64,000 bases of DNA from Epiperipatus broadwayi. Lineage: Eukaryota > Animalia > Onychophora. Location of the stretch: positions 11,532,001 through 11,596,000 of the forward strand of contig JAQFVV010000003.1 of the NCBI GenBank assembly GCA_028023455.1. The letters run 5' to 3'. Below the pieces are notes generated by a model. The model did no database searches. It had not been told where the DNA came from and saw nothing but the letters and a program-made list of their open reading frames with translations. A program made the translations under genes and the position numbers. The stretch's first letter is position 1. The number at the start of each line of letters is the position of its first letter. This document shows, in pieces, positions 12,220 to 24,999 of this stretch.

Positions 12220-13049
12220 CTGTATTTATATATGTAATATATGCAGGATACGAACTCAGATCTTCACACAACCCACTACTCTCAGTGCCATCTCATATTG
12301 CTGCCCCTCATGCGTTTTTATTATTGTCGCATACAAATTTATATTTTTCATAGTGTTAAAAATGTACTTTTCAGATTTAGTCTGGCATGATTAGTATTAC
12401 ATATTAGAACTGCTATGCCTTTTCACATACACATCAGTCTGCCAATAGCTTTCTAAATCTTGTAAAAATATCATAAAATAATGTATACACATGGTCCATT
12501 TTGACAAATTTATCACTTAAGTTTGTCAGAAGTTCCAGTGTACATATTATTTGATGACATTTCAAGATAAGAAAGTTATTGGCAAACTGATGTAAGTACC
12601 AAATAATTATATAAGGGATACATCATTTGTTAACCACAATCAGTGTCAATCTTATTTAAACTAATATATATATATAATAGCAAAGAAAGTAGCATTAAAA
12701 ATGATGGCTTGTTATATTACCTGAAATGTCTTTATTTATATGCTTGCATTTATTCATACTGTTTATGTTTTTTTTGTCTTCAGAATGGGCACCATTCAGT
12801 TTCCTGGTTCACTAAATAGTCAAGTTTTCTTCCTGTCATGATACATTTCTTAAAGAAAAACTTTGCTTCAGAATATTAGACTAAAAGAAATTGAATGTGC
12901 ACACTTAGGAATCTTTCATTTTTCAAATTATTTCCATTAACCTAAATTAAACAAACCACATTTCACTGCATAACTCATACCAAATATCAAGTGAAGAGAT
13001 ATTTCTTTTAATAATATGAAATTGATATATAAAATCAAAAAAAATTTAG

Positions 13050-14050
13050 AGGAGCATATCTGCTCCTTATCTGTAATTGAATTAATTTATTTCAAAGCAA
13101 GCTTGAAAGATGTGAAATCTCATATTAATAATAATTTTAACAATTGTGTTTTCCAAAACAAGAAATATCTTCTATTAAGACAAAGTTTTATATCATTATA
13201 CACAGTCCACTTTTTTCTACCCCCCCAAATTAATATAGATGAAATCTTGATATTTAAATCATACAAATCATTTATATTTTCTTTTCATTTTTTCAATGTA
13301 TTCACTTTTTTAAAATAATAATTCACCATTTCTATTGTCAATTATTGCTTAAATCTTATGATTATGTTTTCCATTCAAAAGTTTTATTTTTATATATTAA
13401 GTCAAACCTTTTTTGTTTGTAATTGCTCTATTTTCCTATAACACCTTCTAATTATCCCTTTTTTTAGCTTTATCTGCTTCATATACCAATTGGTTGCTAA
13501 GACTTTACTTCTAGAAGTTATAAATCTACCATCAACTCTTTATTTTATTCAGCAACTAGTTATTAATTACAAGACTTTTTAATTCTTATATTTTTTTATA
13601 CACTATTACTTATACATTACAACATCTTTTAAATTTTCACTGAATAATTCCCATCTTTAATTTGAATATTTTCTTATCCAACATGTTTGAAAAGTTTTCT
13701 CTAATACTCCTCATAAACTTTTCAATTTATCAATTGCTCTTTTTTTTTCTAATCTCAATTTGTATTATTTTTAAAGATGTAATTATATCAGAACTAAATT
13801 ATAATATTATCATTTGTTAGTTCCATTGTGAACAGGCATTTTCAATATTGTTCTAAACCTATTGGAATCATAATCAACTTTAAATATATTTTAATTACTT
13901 CAAGTTTTCCATGTGTAAATTTTTTTGTTTTTAACCCATGACTTCATTATTACCACATTATTTTCTCTATAAAACCTCATAACTTTTTACAATTTTATCT
14001 ACTCTATCCTCTTCTAATTATAGAAATTCAAATATTATATTCAAATTAAT
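13050..14050 (-). mobile_element. Highly decayed LINE (RTE-like) remnant
   Basis: Strand-biased, Lys/Ile-rich broken frames with LYNDIKL (possible decayed YADD motif) at ~13185-13205. Confidence 0.35.
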
Positions 14051-15329
14051 AAAATTTAAAATTAAGCAATAAAAAAACTAAATGCCTTTTTTAATTAGCA
14101 ATTTTTTAAAATATTTTTTTAATTATAGAGTGTATAATTTTTAAAATGTACCTTTAATCTCATTTTTACCATAAATTTCATTTTTAACACACTGATACTT
14201 CTTAAAAAAAAAGTCATGTAATGATGAATATATATAAAAATTTATATTTACATAAAAATATTTTAATTCTTAAATTTAAAATAAAAATTATTTTTTTAGT
14301 TATTTCTAGATATTTGTTTACATTTCAAAACACAGATAATTAAAATTAATTATAAACTGCCTCATTTTTCCATTACATGATAATTTTTTTTTAATCTGTT
14401 AAATTTCAAAATAATAATAAAACTAACTTTAATATCAAATGTTTAAAATTATCTTTGAAAAGATATTTAAATAATTTCTAGTTTTCTAGTATTATAAAAG
14501 ATAAAAAATTATGCAATGCACATATTTTTTTAAATTAACAAGAAAATACATGACTACAATATTGCATTGGTTTCAATTTTCATCATAACAATTATGAAAA
14601 TAAATGTTACTTAATATGATTAATACAAAATTTTTTAACAAAAAAAAGATTAAGATAAAATATTTGTGTAAGTTTATATAAAAAAAAATATTATCATAAT
14701 ATTAATCAACTTCTAAAACTGATATTTGTTAAATTGTCATTGACATTTGAATGTTTTTATTGTGTAGATAATTTATGGACAGCAGTCACTATTCTGAAAA
14801 TTAATAAAAATGAATATGAAAATAAAAGATAAACAAAAATTACTATGAAAATGAAAGATTGACAATTTTAAAATATTTTTTAAAAATTTGTATTGTCTGC
14901 AACAATTAATTAACTCTAGCATTTTAACAAATTGTAGAAAGATAAAAATAGTTTATATCTAAAGTATTGTAAATGTAATAGAAAGTTGCCTTAATAACAT
15001 GGCTTATATACTTTAATGACTTTTATAAAAAGCATAACATTACAAATAAAAGTATTTAAAGAAAAATGAGTAATTAATAATAAATAATAATAAATTACAA
15101 ATTTCTTAAAATTTTGCCAAAGTATACACAGTCTTCATGTAGCACACTACATCAACCCAATTAAAAACTATATTCAGCTTTAAATTTAAAAAAAAAAAAT
15201 TAAAACCTGTACTTTAATATAAACTACTACTTTTACATATTGTTTTAGCATGTGAATATGTTCATTTACTTTCTAAGGGATTGTAAATATTTATATTCAT
15301 ATAATAATAAATAATATTAGTTTTTTGAT

Positions 15330-16210
15330 GTAGTTTTAAACTATAGGGTGAACTTTATCTATTATTTTAATTTATGTATAGACCCATCTGAAATCACCAT
15401 TAAAATATTCAGAGAATCAAAACTGAATTTTAGTTATAACAACCTCTACATATCAAATATAAACATCAGATATAATAATAAATAATCATAACATTAAAAA
15501 TAAGTAATTGAAATTGAAGTAACTATATCTCTTACTGAGTCAACAACTACAAAAAGATAGAATAACATTTATCTTTTAGTTCTGTTATAATATAAACTTA
15601 ATTTTTTGACAAGATTTAAACTATTGGTTGAATATGATCTATTATTTTAATTTATTGACAAACAACAATCTGAACTTACTATTAAAACATTCAAAGGATC
15701 AAAACTCAGTCTTAGTTTTAAAAATCTCTAAATACCAAATGAAAAATCAATATAATAAATGTATTAATAAATAATTATAAATTTAAATATAAGTAATTGA
15801 AATGGGAGTAACCGTACTTCCCACTGAGTTATGTAAAATATCCACAACTATAAAAAGATAGAATGATACCATCTATCTCTGATAATTCAGATTAAAATAT
15901 TTAATTTGCATATAAATTGAAATAATAGGCAAAATTCATTCTGTAGTTTAAAACTATGTCAAAAAACTAAGGTTATGTAACAATAGAGCTAAGAAATAGA
16001 TGTTTATTTATTACTATATTTATTAAACAGTTTGTTAAAACTGATCAGTCTTGATCTTCTAAGTCATATTATTTAGTCTGTATATAACTTAAAATAATAG
16101 AATGGTTTGAAACAGAGCTAAAAGATAGATGGTATCATTCTGTCTCTTCATAATTGTTGACATTTTATATAACTTAGTGGAAGGTACAGTTTCTTCCATT
16201 TCAATTATAT
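15330..16210. repeat. Old patchwork of direct and inverted copies of a ~290-bp unit
   Basis: 15355-15590 is similar to 15640-15885. 16115-16208 is the reverse complement of ~15790-15885, and ~15955-16015 is the reverse complement of ~15560-15625. Confidence 0.75.
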
Positions 16211-16214
16211 ATAT

Positions 16215-18357
16215 ATGAAAAACAAGTTAAAAACTTGCTAATGCTTGTATTTATGTCAACAGATGGTGTTCTACCAAAAACACCGTCAAGCGTATGTTTA
16301 CATAAACGTCAGAGCATGCATTCACTAGCTCTAACTTTAATTCCACTTTCAGATCATGATTTCAAGCTATTTGCTATCATCAGTGAAAGACAGGAATTTT
16401 AGAAACTAGATCTAAACACAAACTCTGAGCGTTTATGAAACAGTTTCTATTCAGCTTGCAAGCGTGAATCTTTTAGACACGTAATGTCTTCAAACTCAGC
16501 ATAGCAAGCCAGATAGCTATATGGGTCTGATCTCAGTTCAGCATCACCACATAGTAGAAGCCTCTGCAATATATATCATTGCTAGAAAGACCTCAAAGGT
16601 ACATTTATGAAAAACAAAAAACAAGTTAAAAACTTGCTAACGCTTGTATTTATGTCAACAGATGGCGTTCTACCAAAAACACCATCAAGCGTATGTTTAC
16701 ATAAACATCAGAGCATGCATTCACTATCTCTAACTTTAATTCCACTTTCAGATCATGATTTCAAGCTATTTGCTATCATCAGTGAAAGACAAGAATTTTA
16801 GAAACTAGATCTAAACACAAACTCTGAGCGTTTATGAAACAGTTTCTATTCAGCTTAGACATGTAATGTCTTCAAACTCAGCATAGCAAGCCAGATAGCT
16901 AAATGGGTCTGATCTCAGTTCAGCATCATGACATAGTAGAAGCCTCTGCAATATATATCATTGCTAGAAAGACCTCAAAGGTACATTTATGAAAAACAAA
17001 AAACAAGTTAAAAACTTGCTAACGCTTGTATTTATGTCAACAGATGGCGTTCTACCAAAAACACCGTCAAGCATATGTTTACATAAACGTCAGAGCATGC
17101 ATTCACTATCTCTAACTTTAATTCCACTTTCAGATCATGATTTCAAGCTATTTTCTATCATCAGTGAAAGACAGGAATTTTAGAAACTAGATCTAAACAC
17201 AAACTCTGAGCGTTTATGAAACAGTTTCTATTCAGCTTGCAAGCGTGAATCTTTTAGACACGTAATGTCTTCAAACTCAGCATGGCAAGCCCAATAGCTA
17301 TATGGGTCTGATCTCAGTTCAGCATCACCACATAGTAGAAGCCTCTGCAATATATGTCATTACTAGAAAGACCTCAAAGGTACATTTATGAAAAACAAAA
17401 AACAAGTTAAAAACTTGCTAACGCTTGTATTTATGTCAACAGATGGCATTCTACCAAAAACACCATCAAGCGTATGTTTACATAAACGTCAGAGCATGCA
17501 TTCACTATGCTCTGATGTTTATGTAAACATACGCTTGACGGTGTTTTTGGTAGAACACCATCTGTTGACATAAATACAAGCGTTAGCAAGTTTTTAACTT
17601 GTTTTTTGTTTTTCATAAATGTACCTTTGAGGTCTTTCTAGCAATGATATATATTGCAGAGGCTTCTACTATGTGGTGATGCTGAACTGAGATCAGACCC
17701 ATATAGCTATCGGGCTTGCTATGCTGAGTTTGAAGACATTACATGTCTAAAAGATTCACGCTTGCAAGCTGAATAGAAACTGTTTCATAAACGCTCAGAG
17801 TTTGTGTTTAGATCTAGTTTCTAAAATTCCTGTCTTTCACTGATGATAGCAAATAGCTTGAAATCATGATCTGAAAGTGGAATTAAAGTTAGAGATAGTG
17901 AATGCATGCTCTGACGTTTATGTAAACATACGCTTGACGGTGTTTTTGGTAGAACACCATCTGTTGACATAAATACAAGCGTTAGCAAGTTTTTAACTTG
18001 TTTTTTGTTTTTCATAAATGTACCTTTGAGGTCTTTCTAGCAATGATATATATTACAGAGGCTTCTACTATGTGGTGATGCTGAACTGAGATCAGACCCA
18101 TATAGCTATCTGGCTTGCTATGCTGAGTTTGAAGAAATTATGTGTCTAAAAAATTCACGCTTGCAAGCTGAATAGAAACTGTTTCATAAACACTCAGAGT
18201 TTGTGTTTAGATCTAGTTTCTAAAATTCCTGTCTTTCACTGATGATAGCAAATAGCTTGAAATCATGATTGGAAAGTGGAATTAGAGATAGTGAATGCAT
18301 GCTCTGACGTTTATGTAAATGTAGGCTTGATGGTGTTTTTGGTAGAACGCCATCTGT

Positions 18358-18358
<1 letters not shown>
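16215..18358. repeat. Palindromic tandem array of a 399-bp unit (about 3.3 direct plus about 2.1 inverted copies, axis 17502)
   Basis: Direct units: 16215-16606 (7-bp deletion), 16607-16988 (17-bp deletion), 16989-17387 and partial 17388-17497. Inverted units: 17507-17616, 17617-18015 and 18016-18358. ORF starts are symmetric (17388+17616 = 16989+18015 = 35004). Confidence 0.97.

Positions 18359-18359
<1 letters not shown>

Positions 18360-18398
<39 letters not shown>
18360..18398. repeat. (AT)n microsatellite ending the palindromic array
   Basis: About 19 AT units directly after catctgttg. Confidence 0.95.
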
Positions 18399-18399
<1 letters not shown>

Positions 18400-19692
18400 C
18401 ACTCAAGCTTTCAATAAGATCCACAGTTAACAGAATAAACAATGCCTTACATAAAAATACTTTTCTGCAACTTTTTAAGATATGATGCTGATTAATCAAA
18501 AGTAAAGTATTTTCACATTATAAATCAAATGTCTTCTGCCATATAAAATGATACTAGATCATCAAAGTCAAAGTGGTGAACTGATACAAACAGACTTTTT
18601 CTGTCTCCTCTCTGTGATTTTTTTTTTTCAGCTTAATTAATTAAATATTAGGCTTATGTAACAAAATCTTCTCATGCCAACAGTCATCTCTACACATTAT
18701 CTTTAGTAACAAGATTATATATTTCTGCAATCACATTTTCACACCTTAATTATTCATAAAACTATCCTGACTTTATCTTCTTTTTTTTTTTTATTTAAAT
18801 ATGTAAACATGCAAATACTTGGCACTAAAAAATCATGCAACAATTCCACATTTAGCAGCAGAGAGCTTAATTAAAATAATAGTAATGTAGGAGGTGGTAT
18901 AAATGAACACAAGCAGATGATTAATTAAATTATCTTGTAAGGGTAATAATTCATTGATTGAAAAAAAACTGTACAGTGTCACATTTACTGAGAAGTCTAT
19001 ATCAATAAAGGGCTGGGGGGTTTTTTATTATTGAAGCCTGTAATACTATTGCCTAAGTTGTTATAAATATTGGCTGAGAACTTAAATGCTCTTGTATTAT
19101 ATAAGTTTTGCAAATCAAATTCAGCAAAGTGAAAAAGATACTGATTGTTGCTATGATCTTGCCAACATATAAATTGTTTTAAATACTATTATAATAAAAA
19201 TGAAAAAAACACACTAGATTTTCTACAATTTCTTATGTGGGCACACAATTTCTTTCATATTTTTCATTGCCATTACAATATCTTTTATGACATCATAGAG
19301 TCTTTCTATAGATAAACAGCTAGTTTCAAATGTTGCCATTATTTTTTTCAATTAATTGAGTCAATTGACGTATTAATAAAAGCAATATGAGAATCACAAT
19401 TTTACTCACAACATTGTCACATTTGCTTGGAAACAAAAATCATATAAAAACATACTAAGTTTCTAAAACTATAATTGGAATAGATACATTATTCATTTTT
19501 ATTGTGATAAGTAAAAATGATAATTTTATGATAATTATTGCAGTGTTTGCTATCCTTTTTACTTTTTGTTAATCGAAATAATGGATGCATTCTTGATATT
19601 AATGAATTTATAAACTTCTTAAAAAAATGAACTCCAATAGTTTTGAAGCAAACATACCACTACCCTATTTTAAAATCTTTCTATGCATTACA

Positions 19693-19769
19693 TTAGGACT
19701 TGCAGTCATTCCATTTTTGATTACAAAGTCTTGAGTAAACTTCATCAAGCTGGATATATCCATTCAAAT
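19693..19769 (-). CDS. Candidate exon with an EF-hand-loop-like pattern (xLNGYIQLDEVYSRLCNQKWNDCKS-stop)
   Basis: ctactcatttag|at ttg aat gga tat atc cag ctt gat gaa... If the first codon is GAT, D-x-N-G-x-I-x-x-x-E fits EF-hand loop positions 3, 5, 6, 8 and 12. Confidence 0.22.
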
Positions 19770-21559
19770 CTAAATGAGTAGATAGGGTGGGTATAACATT
19801 AAATGCAATTATCTGATTTTTTTATTATTACTCAAAAAGATGATCAAAATATCTCTATCTACTTTTAAAAACATAATCATTCTAAATGCATTTTAAACAA
19901 TCGCATGTGATAAAAAGTGTCATCTGTCTCCAGAGAACCTAATTATATATATATATCATTTAAGACAAAAAATACATTTAGGAATAAAGGATATGTAATG
20001 ATATATTGGAGAGACCATAATGAGGGAGAGAAATGCCATTAAAAGAAAAAAAGTGAAAGATGCTTTTAAAAGAATTAAGGTATGAAGAACAGAGATAGAA
20101 GCCAGAAAAGATAGATAACAGTCATGGCTGAAGCAGTTAATAAGGAGGAATTAAAAGTAGAAAAGCTATTTTGTATGGTTTAATTTTCAATAAAAAAAAA
20201 TAATAAAAAAATTAAAAATATTGAGTTAAACAATAAAAAAAATTCAAAAAAATAAACAAATTGCTTAAAAAATATATAATTTTAAGATATTTAATGTTAT
20301 TAAATTTATTTATTGTAAATAGAAATTTTAGCTTAAAATCAATTAAGAATCTTACTGCAGGTGACATTTTAAATAAAAACGTTTAAAAAAAATTTTACAG
20401 ATTGATATTTTTTGGCATTATACTATCTATATCTAGTATCATGTAGTTTGAATAGTCTTCAGTAAGACAGGATAAACATATGGGAAGTCTGTAGCATTTA
20501 TTATAAAGGGGCCTTAAATTTAAAATACATTTATAAATGTTAAATTCTAAATTATTTGCATGCATACTAAAGTAACATTTATCAATTTAACCATATACTC
20601 ATCTAAATCAATAAAATGTATATCTAAATAAAATTATTTATTTGCATCACGTTATTAAAGAATTTTTTTTTTAATCATGCTCAATAAAAAACTCCAAGAA
20701 AAATTTTTATGTGTATTTTCTATTTCCTTCAACCACCATCTCAAACAAAAAATATTTATACATAGCAGAGTATAATATTTGCAATTCAAAAAGTGTCAAT
20801 GATTGGCATCTCTTATTACATGTTCACTACATAGTCACACCTTCAAATGGCTTTAAAATATGGGACATAATATAAAGACCCTACATCTGTATATGACATA
20901 GCAAGAAAACAACATCTGCCTGTATGAATACAGTCCCTACAATATGTACCATGCAGTATGAAGTTCCATTCATGTGTAAACAAGTGTTGTCAGGTTACAA
21001 AAAAGTAGTAGATGTTAGTTTTATTAGATAACTTATAAATATTTAAACTAGGACCTGTATCATATTTTACTTTTGCTATGAGGATAATCTGTTATGGTTA
21101 TGCAATAAAGAGCCATAGTGATTTAATACAGACACACACATCAATTCACTTTTAATAAATATTATATCTTGTATTTAAGTCTACAATGAACTACTTTTAC
21201 TAAATACAACCACAAATCACAAACTATGCTACATTTTGTTCTGAGCTCCCCTCACAAATATATATACACATACATATATATAATAATTCACATTATATTG
21301 ATAAACACTGATTAGAAAAGAATATAAATTGTTTATTGAACTACAAGTGTACAGTACTTTTCAAAATTTACATATATATAATGCAGATTCTTTTTGTATG
21401 TATAGTATACTGTAATGAAATGAACTTTTCTTAGTATGCATATAGGTTAATGGGTTCATCATGATATATAGAGAAGTACATCTTTATCATTCATACTTAT
21501 GCATACCCTGCATACATTGAATTCGTTCTTAGAAGAGGAGAAATTAAAAACTAACTAAA

Positions 21560-21700
21560 TATTAATTCTACACTTAATTTACCTCATCCATATTACACTT
21601 CTCTTCACTGATCCAGATTTCGAACCCAGGCGGAATTTGTGTGATCATCTAGTTCAGGTCATATTTGTATCACCAGAGTATGAATAGATAAATGAATATA
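21560..21700 (-). mobile_element. tRNA-derived SINE-like remnant
   Basis: B-box-like gggttcgaaatc (minus strand, ~21616-21627) in a higher-GC patch. Confidence 0.4.
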
Positions 21701-22409
21701 TGTTTGCTAATGAGAGTGGATATAAGATCATTTGTAAATAAATAAAATGATTATAAATATATGAATGGATATGATGACTAATTAAAATTTGACTACATAA
21801 AAATAATTCAAGAATCATATTTTAACATTTGAATAAATTTAATAATCATATTTACAGTGATTAGTATTTAAACAGCGAAAAATTTAAAACAAAATTGTGA
21901 AACATTTACTTAGGCATTTGTGGTTATTCTTTGTTTATACTTGATTTCTAACATTATTCCAACTCCTGATCTCACAAAGAATAGCCACTCGACATCTCCT
22001 TGAATACATAAAATTGCCATACATTTATTTAATTAATTTAATCTGATATACCTCTATTTGACATCATGATGGTTTAGGATCCCCCTGTTATGTACAATGT
22101 TTGTGTTATAAATGAGGAAGACCATTCGTGACATAAATAATTAATGAGATATGAAAAAAGAAACAGTTAACACATGCATTGAAATAAACAAATAAAGAAA
22201 ATGTGAGTTATTGTGCAATCAAGAATACATCATAGACTTTATTTTGCTAAATTTATGTTATGAATGAATATATTTCTTCTTTATATTACTTATTAACACT
22301 AATATTAAATTTTTTTACCCCCATATTAAAGTAAAGAAAAAATTATAATAACTAATATGCAAACAAATAATGTAGATGACATTATTTTAATTTAGCTTTA
22401 AAGTTTATA

Positions 22410-23120
22410 TAGAAACTGCCCTAATGGCTCATACCAGTAATCTAGGGTCATTCAATTTATGCATAGATAGGAACTCATAAGCATTCTAGATCTGCCATGT
22501 CAGATGTCTTTAATAGCCTTAGAATTGGTGTTTTGAAATGGAGAATTGCAAGATGAATTTATTATGAATTGGCTTAATTCTTATAGGTACCAGTGCAGAA
22601 AGATGGTCCAATTCCATCTCAATCTTGACAAGCCACAGCTCTATGGACGATGACCTTTCCCCGATGTATTCCTTGTATTTAGCACTGCATATTTGTTTTA
22701 ACTATTAATTATATTTGCTTAAGTAGTTAGTTTAAAGTGGAATATTGTCAGTGTCTCTTATTTTATTGCATACTTTCAGATCTAGGTTTTGTGATTTATA
22801 AGGGAATTAATGATAATTTTAGAAATTCAGACGCTTTTACTTCATTTACAAAGATTTTAATGTCAAATTCTTTATTTAATTATATTGAGTTGTCTACATT
22901 TACCCTTGATTTATGAATATTTGCATGTGAGTTTTGATAATATTGTCACTCAGACCTGATCGATATTTTTCAAACTTCAAATTCAACTCTTTTCCATAGG
23001 AAATTATAGGTTCTTCCACAGGTAATAGATTTTTTTCTATCCTTTTTATGAAAGCTCATTGTTCAACTTAAGCGTGTTAGTGCTCATCCTTTTACTTCAT
23101 TGTTGACATCATCTTTACTA
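22410..23120 (-). mobile_element. Decayed Gypsy gag-like fragment
   Basis: KYKEYIGERSSSIELWLVKIEMEL resembles the gag motif F/YxGxxxxxxWLxxxE. Frames are broken. Confidence 0.35.
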
Positions 23121-23580
23121 ATTATTGGTGTAAATAATTTGTTAATAACAATACAAAAAGAAAAATTATATATTTTTATTTTTTATTTTTTTCTACTTTA
23201 ATATATATATATATTTAATTTTTTGATAGCGTTCACTCATTCAATCTAGTAGGTATTGTTGTGTTGTGCTTGCAATCATAACACATTTAATAGTAATATT
23301 TGTAAGCAGTTAGTTGTCATGTCTGTCTGATAGATTTGGTCTAAATCTTTGTTTATTATTTATTTAGGTTAGGATTTTAAATGTAAATTGTAGTTATTGG
23401 TTTGTCAATTTGTGTGCCCTAATGTTTACTAATCTGATAATTAATAAGTTGCTAACATCATGGGTCTTGAATTAGGGTTTGGCCTCATGATGTGTACTAA
23501 GTATTGGAGGGGTGTTGGAGATATCCATAACAATATATATATATAATTTTTATTTTAACTTATTTATCTATAATAAGTTT

Positions 23581-23690
23581 GCATATTATGCTAGTATGCC
23601 TGGTGAAGTGTATTATTATTCTTTTTAGCCACGGATAACTTAAGACGGAAAAATAACCCAAGTCATCAGGCATACTAACATACATATGCA
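23581..23690. repeat. Small imperfect inverted repeat (mini-MITE-like)
   Basis: gcatattatgctagtatgcctggtga pairs with tcatcagggcatactaacatacatatgc. Confidence 0.6.
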
Positions 23691-23879
23691 GTTATTATAT
23701 ACATAAACTATTTAATGGAAAGCTGATTTATTCTGTTTGAAAACTGCTAAAATAATAAGAAAGTACAGATTATGATGAAATAATAATTCTCTTAAAGTAA
23801 TTAGAGGATAATAAAAATAATGAATTCAGTTTGTGAATATTGAAGTCAAAAATTAAGAGGATAAATGACATATTCTTGT

Positions 23880-24540
23880 GATTATTTCCCTATTTTCCTT
23901 TTTCCAGAACATTTCTCTTTAAAACACATTATAGTATTTTTAGAACAGGACTTCAATTCAACTCTTTCAACTTCATTAATTTCTTCAATAACAGATTTGA
24001 ATCTATGATTATATTCTAAAGAAGCATAAACTAAATCTAAATATCTATCAAAGAGCTCTTAATATTTATATTCTTAATATTTATATTAGAGCAAAATATG
24101 GTGCAGAGATAATGTGTCTAATTGCCATGCCTATGATCTAGAGTTTGAACTACATCAGGTGAAATTATTTTTCAGAGTTTAATATTCTTCTCTTAAGTAA
24201 CTGTCCCCACCCAGGCCAGCTAATCAACAGACACTGATAATTAAATATATAATTATTATTAGCTAGAGAATAAAATAAAAATGAAAAATTGTTCAAACCC
24301 TCTTCACCAATCAAATGACAACCCTGAAGCACTGTTTTCTTAACTGTTCCTTTAAAATGGATTGTTGACCTGGGCCCTGCCATAGAATATTTATTAAAAA
24401 CCTGATTTATCTTATTCTTTATAAGAATTAAGAAGTGTGTAGGGTGATTTATGACCAATGCTTGAAGTATATTTAGACATTGTTTTTCATAGCATCCTCC
24501 AGCCTCAAGACATGTAATTCGATTAGGAAAATCATAACTT
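23880..24540 (-). pseudogene. Unassigned decayed coding remnant, probably a TE
   Basis: Higher-GC segment containing ORF 24165-24458 and adjacent open stretches (SYDFPNRITCLEAGGC...; SPDVVQTLDHRHGN). No family recognised. Confidence 0.25.
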
Positions 24541-24999
24541 AAAAACTTCCATATCTTTAATATATGGCAGACTCAAACATTAATGAGTCCTAGATTATTC
24601 CTCTGCTGAGTAAAGTTTGAAAAATATCAGTTTAATCACTTAATTGAAATAATGTGCACAACATATCACTAGAAATGAGCTTAATGTTAATGTTAATTAA
24701 CTAATCTTCAAGCAACTAATTATAAAATTATTTTAATTTTAAAAAGTTACTAAAATAAAATGAGTTTTCATAGACCTCTATTATCACTCTAGCCAAGAAA
24801 TACGTAGCACTGATTAATTAAAATGTCTTTTTAATTTTTCAAAAACTATTTCTCTCTTTGAGAATAAAATTCAGTTGTAGATATATGTGTATGATTTATT
24901 AACATTCAACACTAGTCGGTGCTCAATTTAATTTTACTTTTAAAAGAGTTAACAAACTGAAATTAAGGTTTTTTAATTAAGAAAAACAGTTCAATTTTA

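Noticed and set aside
12720-12881. Minus-strand coding exon
   Set aside because: The splice-like ends are present but all three frames contain stops.
16607-18015. Six near-identical 61-64-aa ORFs (MKNKKQVKNLL...) as a multicopy peptide gene family
   Set aside because: They are a by-product of the 399-bp repeat. There is no recognisable domain, signal peptide or splice context, and the first unit loses the frame through a 7-bp deletion.
18220-18499. ORFs with YIYIYI runs
   Set aside because: These are read-through of the (AT)n microsatellite.
20000-20170. Possible RTE LINE 3' end
   Set aside because: The resemblance is too faint to support from motifs.
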